Shown: in pieces, positions 61,183 through 64,000 of the stretch
Numbering within the stretch: the first letter of the stretch is position 1
How the letters are laid out: every line of letters starts with the position of its first letter
NCBI RefSeq assembly: GCF_963921235.1
Contig: NC_086109.1
Span: 6,264,001 to 6,328,000, forward strand
Length of the DNA: 64,000 nucleotides
Direction of reading: 5' to 3'
DNA from: Mobula hypostoma
Lineage: Eukaryota
Notes under the pieces: generated by a model
The model's input: the letters and a program-made list of their open reading frames with translations, nothing else
Database searches by the model: none
Told to the model about the DNA's origin: nothing
Program-made: the position numbers and the translations under genes

Positions 61183-62072
61183 ATCAGACATGTAACATCT
61201 CATAGATAGAGCAGTACAGAACAGAAAAAGTCTATTCAGCCCAGTGTTGTGCTGAACCAGCTAAAAAGCAAATCAAAAACACCCAAACACTAATCCCTCC
61301 TACCTACATATCCCTCCTCCTTCCTCACATCCTTGTGCCTACCCAAACACCTCTTAAAAGCCTCTAATGTATTTACCTCTACCACCATACCAGGCAGCGC
61401 ATTCCAGTCATTCATCACTCTGAGTAAAAATCTTACCCCTTGAACCTACACCCCCGCCTTCAATGCATGCCCTCTCGAATTAGACATTTCAACCCTGGGA
61501 AACAGATAATCCCTGTCTGCTCTATCTATGCCTCTCAGAATCTTATAAAACTCAAGATCATGTCAGCAAATCTGAACTTCAGAAATAATTCCAAATGTAC
61601 TCTACCTTATTCTACCAAATGTATTCCCCCAAATTTATTAAGGGATTAGACACACTAGAGGCAGGACATGTTCCTGATGTTGGGGGGAGTCCAGAACCAG
61701 AGGCCACAGTTTAAGAATAAGGGGTAGACCATTTAGAACGGAGTTGAGGAAAAACTTTTTCACACACAGGGTTGTGGATCTGTGGAATGCTCCGCCTGAG
61801 AAGACAGTGGAGGACAATTCTCTGGATTCTTTCAAGAAAGAGTTAGATAGAGCTCTTAAAGATAGCGGAGTCAAGGGATATGGGGAGAAAGCAGGAACAG
61901 GGTACTGATTGTGGATGATCAGCCATGATCACAGTGAATGGCGGTGCTGGCTCGAAAGGCCGAATGGCCTACTCCTGCACCTATTGTCTATTGTCTTTCC
62001 CCCACATGAAAATGCGAACATAATTCAAATTTTCTATGCTATCATGGAAATGGAGGACAGATCTTTACTCAC

Positions 62073-62370
62073 CATCATTCCCTTTTTTTGTCTGGTAGAA
62101 GAGAGCAAATTTCTGGGGATTGTCAATGACCATGAACTTCTTCAGTAGGCCCGTGATCACTTCATTGACTGTCGTGCCACTAGTAATGTGAAGCTGCTTG
62201 ACTGCGTCCAGGGGTAGGTAAAATGACGTCCGCTTGTTTGTTATTTCTGCTGGGTTCACCTCCTTGAGCACGTCGTAGATAGACTGTGGTCTGATGCCTG
62301 CAGGGACTGTGACAGGGCGGCGCAATTTCAGGTGGACTTTGATGAACCCTGTATAACTACCATCCGTATT
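62073..62370 (-). CDS. RASSF5: RASSF5 (NORE1) internal coding exon, N-terminal part of the Ras-association domain
   Basis: Acceptor tgtatttcag|AAT, donor GATG|gtgagt, 298 nt. Encodes NTDGSYTGFIKVHLKLRRPVTVPAGIRPQSIYDVLKEVNPAEITNKRTSFYLPLDAVKQLHITSGTTVNEVITGLLKKFMVIDNPQKFALFYQTKKGND, which I recognise as RASSF5 (KLRRPVTVPAGIRPQSIYD, RTSFYLPLD, KKFMVxDNPQKFALF). Confidence 0.95.
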
Positions 62371-62997
62371 CTGAAATACAAGATCATCCATTAGAAATCA
62401 TAGAGACCAACAGGCCCTTCAGCCCAATTCCTCCATGCTGACCAAAGTGCTCATCTAAGCTAGTCCTATCTGCCTGCATTTGACCCATATCCCTCTAAGG
62501 CAGGGATTCCCAACCCGGTATTGGTCCATAGCATTAAAAAGGTTGTGAACCCCCACTCAAAACCCTACCTATCCATTTATCTATCCAACTGTTTTAAAAA
62601 TATTGTTGTTGTACCTGCCTCTTTACTTTCTCAGGCAGCTCATTCCATATACCCACCTTGTTCTGCAGGAAGAAGTTGCTCCTCAGGTTCCTAGTAAATC
62701 TTCCCCCTCACCTTAAACCTGTGTCCTCTAGTTCTTGATACCCCAACCCTGAGAAAAAGATCCTATCTATGCTTCTCATAATTTTATACACCTCTATAAG
62801 ATTATGCCTCAGTATCTTACACTCCAAAGAAAAAAGTCATAGCCTGTCCAATTCAAAAAGGAAGTTTAAAAACGCAAACACGAGGAAATCTGCAGATGCT
62901 GGAAATTCAAGCAACACACACAGAAAAAGAAAGTTCCTGATTTGTAAGTGTTGAACTCCAGATATCCTCTGGCAGTGTGAAGCAATAAGACCTGAGC

Positions 62998-64000
62998 CTT
63001 CAGAGTTCAAAGTTTATTTTATTATCAAAGTACATATATAATCGCCATATACAACCCTGAGATTCATTTTCTTGTGGGCATTCACAGTAAGTACAAGAAA
63101 TACAGTAGAATGAGTGGAAGACCACATCCAACAGGACAGACAAATAGTCAATGTGCAAAAGACAACAATTTGTACAAATACAAAAAAAAGGGAAAAGGAA
63201 ATAAATAATAATAATGAATAAATAAGCAATAAATATCAAGAACATGAGATGAAGAGTCCTTGAAAGTGAGCCCATAGGTTGTAAGAACAGTTCAGTGGTA
63301 GGGCAAGTGAATTTGAATGAAGTTATGCCCTCTGGTTCAGGAGCCTAATGGTTGAGGGGCTATAACTGTTCCTGAACCTGGTGGTGTGAGTCCTGAGGTT
63401 CCTGTACCTTTTCCTTGATGGCAGCAGCAAAAAGAGAGTGTGGCCTAGATGGTGGGATTCCGTGATAATGGACGCTGCTTTCCTGCAACAGTGCTCTGTG
63501 TAGATGTGCTCAGTGGTGGGAGGGCTTTACTCATGAAGAACTGTGCCATATCCACTACTTTTTGTAGGCTTTTCTGTTCAAGGGCAATGACGTTTCCATA
63601 ACAGGCTATGATGCGACCAGTCAATATAGCCTTCACTATACATCTATAGAAGCTTGTCAAAGTTTTAGCTGACATGCCAAATCTTTGCAAACTTCTAAGA
63701 AAGTAGAAGGGCTGCCGTACTTTCTTAGTTATCGCACTTACGTGTTGGACCCAGGATAGATCCTCTGAAATGATAACTCAGAGGAATTTAAAGTTGCTGA
63801 TCCTCTCTACCTCTTATCCCCCGATAAGGACTGGCACATGATCAATAATCAGCTCCTTAGTCTTGATGACATTGAGTGAGAGGTTATTGTTGTGGCACAA
63901 CATAGCCAGATTGTTAATCTCCTGTCAATATGTTAATTCATCACTACCTTTGATTCGGCCATTGATAATGGTGCCGTCAACAATTGTAAATATTGCATTG
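62998..64000 (-). mobile_element. Decayed Rex1/Babar-type LINE 3' portion
   Basis: RFGMSAKTLTSFYRCIV...LQKVVDMAQ remnant plus the common tail ending aataaaataaactttgaactctga. Confidence 0.75.

Overview
Vertebrate, repeat-dense genomic DNA. The repeat set (CR1 LINEs, V-domain tRNA SINEs, Rex1/Babar, RTE derivatives, Penelope-type hairpins) suggests a cartilaginous fish, probably a ray; this is inference. Two spliced genes lie on the minus strand. (1) The last three coding exons of RASSF5/NORE1 (62370-62073, 54061-53946, 47764-47615; RA and SARAH domains), with a probable 3' UTR ending near 46.7 kb. (2) A gene I cannot name, starting in a CpG island at about 13.8-14.7 kb. I reconstructed five phase-compatible GT-AG exons (13978-13822, 8528-8467, 5328-5240, 5149-5028, 2605-2429; 202 codons, stop-free, continuing off the left edge). 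The ORF track does not show it as a gene. The rest is intron or intergenic DNA: nested retrotransposons, a Chapaev3-like transposon remnant, a solo LTR with a perfect 5-bp target-site duplication (TSD), MITEs, a 3.7-kb polypurine satellite and several minisatellites. The most striking non-genic structure is a young 122-bp perfect-like inverted repeat at 29446-29700 with an intact minimal hammerhead ribozyme core on each arm. There is no prokaryotic system and no CRISPR array. Most long ORFs in the track are artefacts of tandem repeats or LINE remnants.
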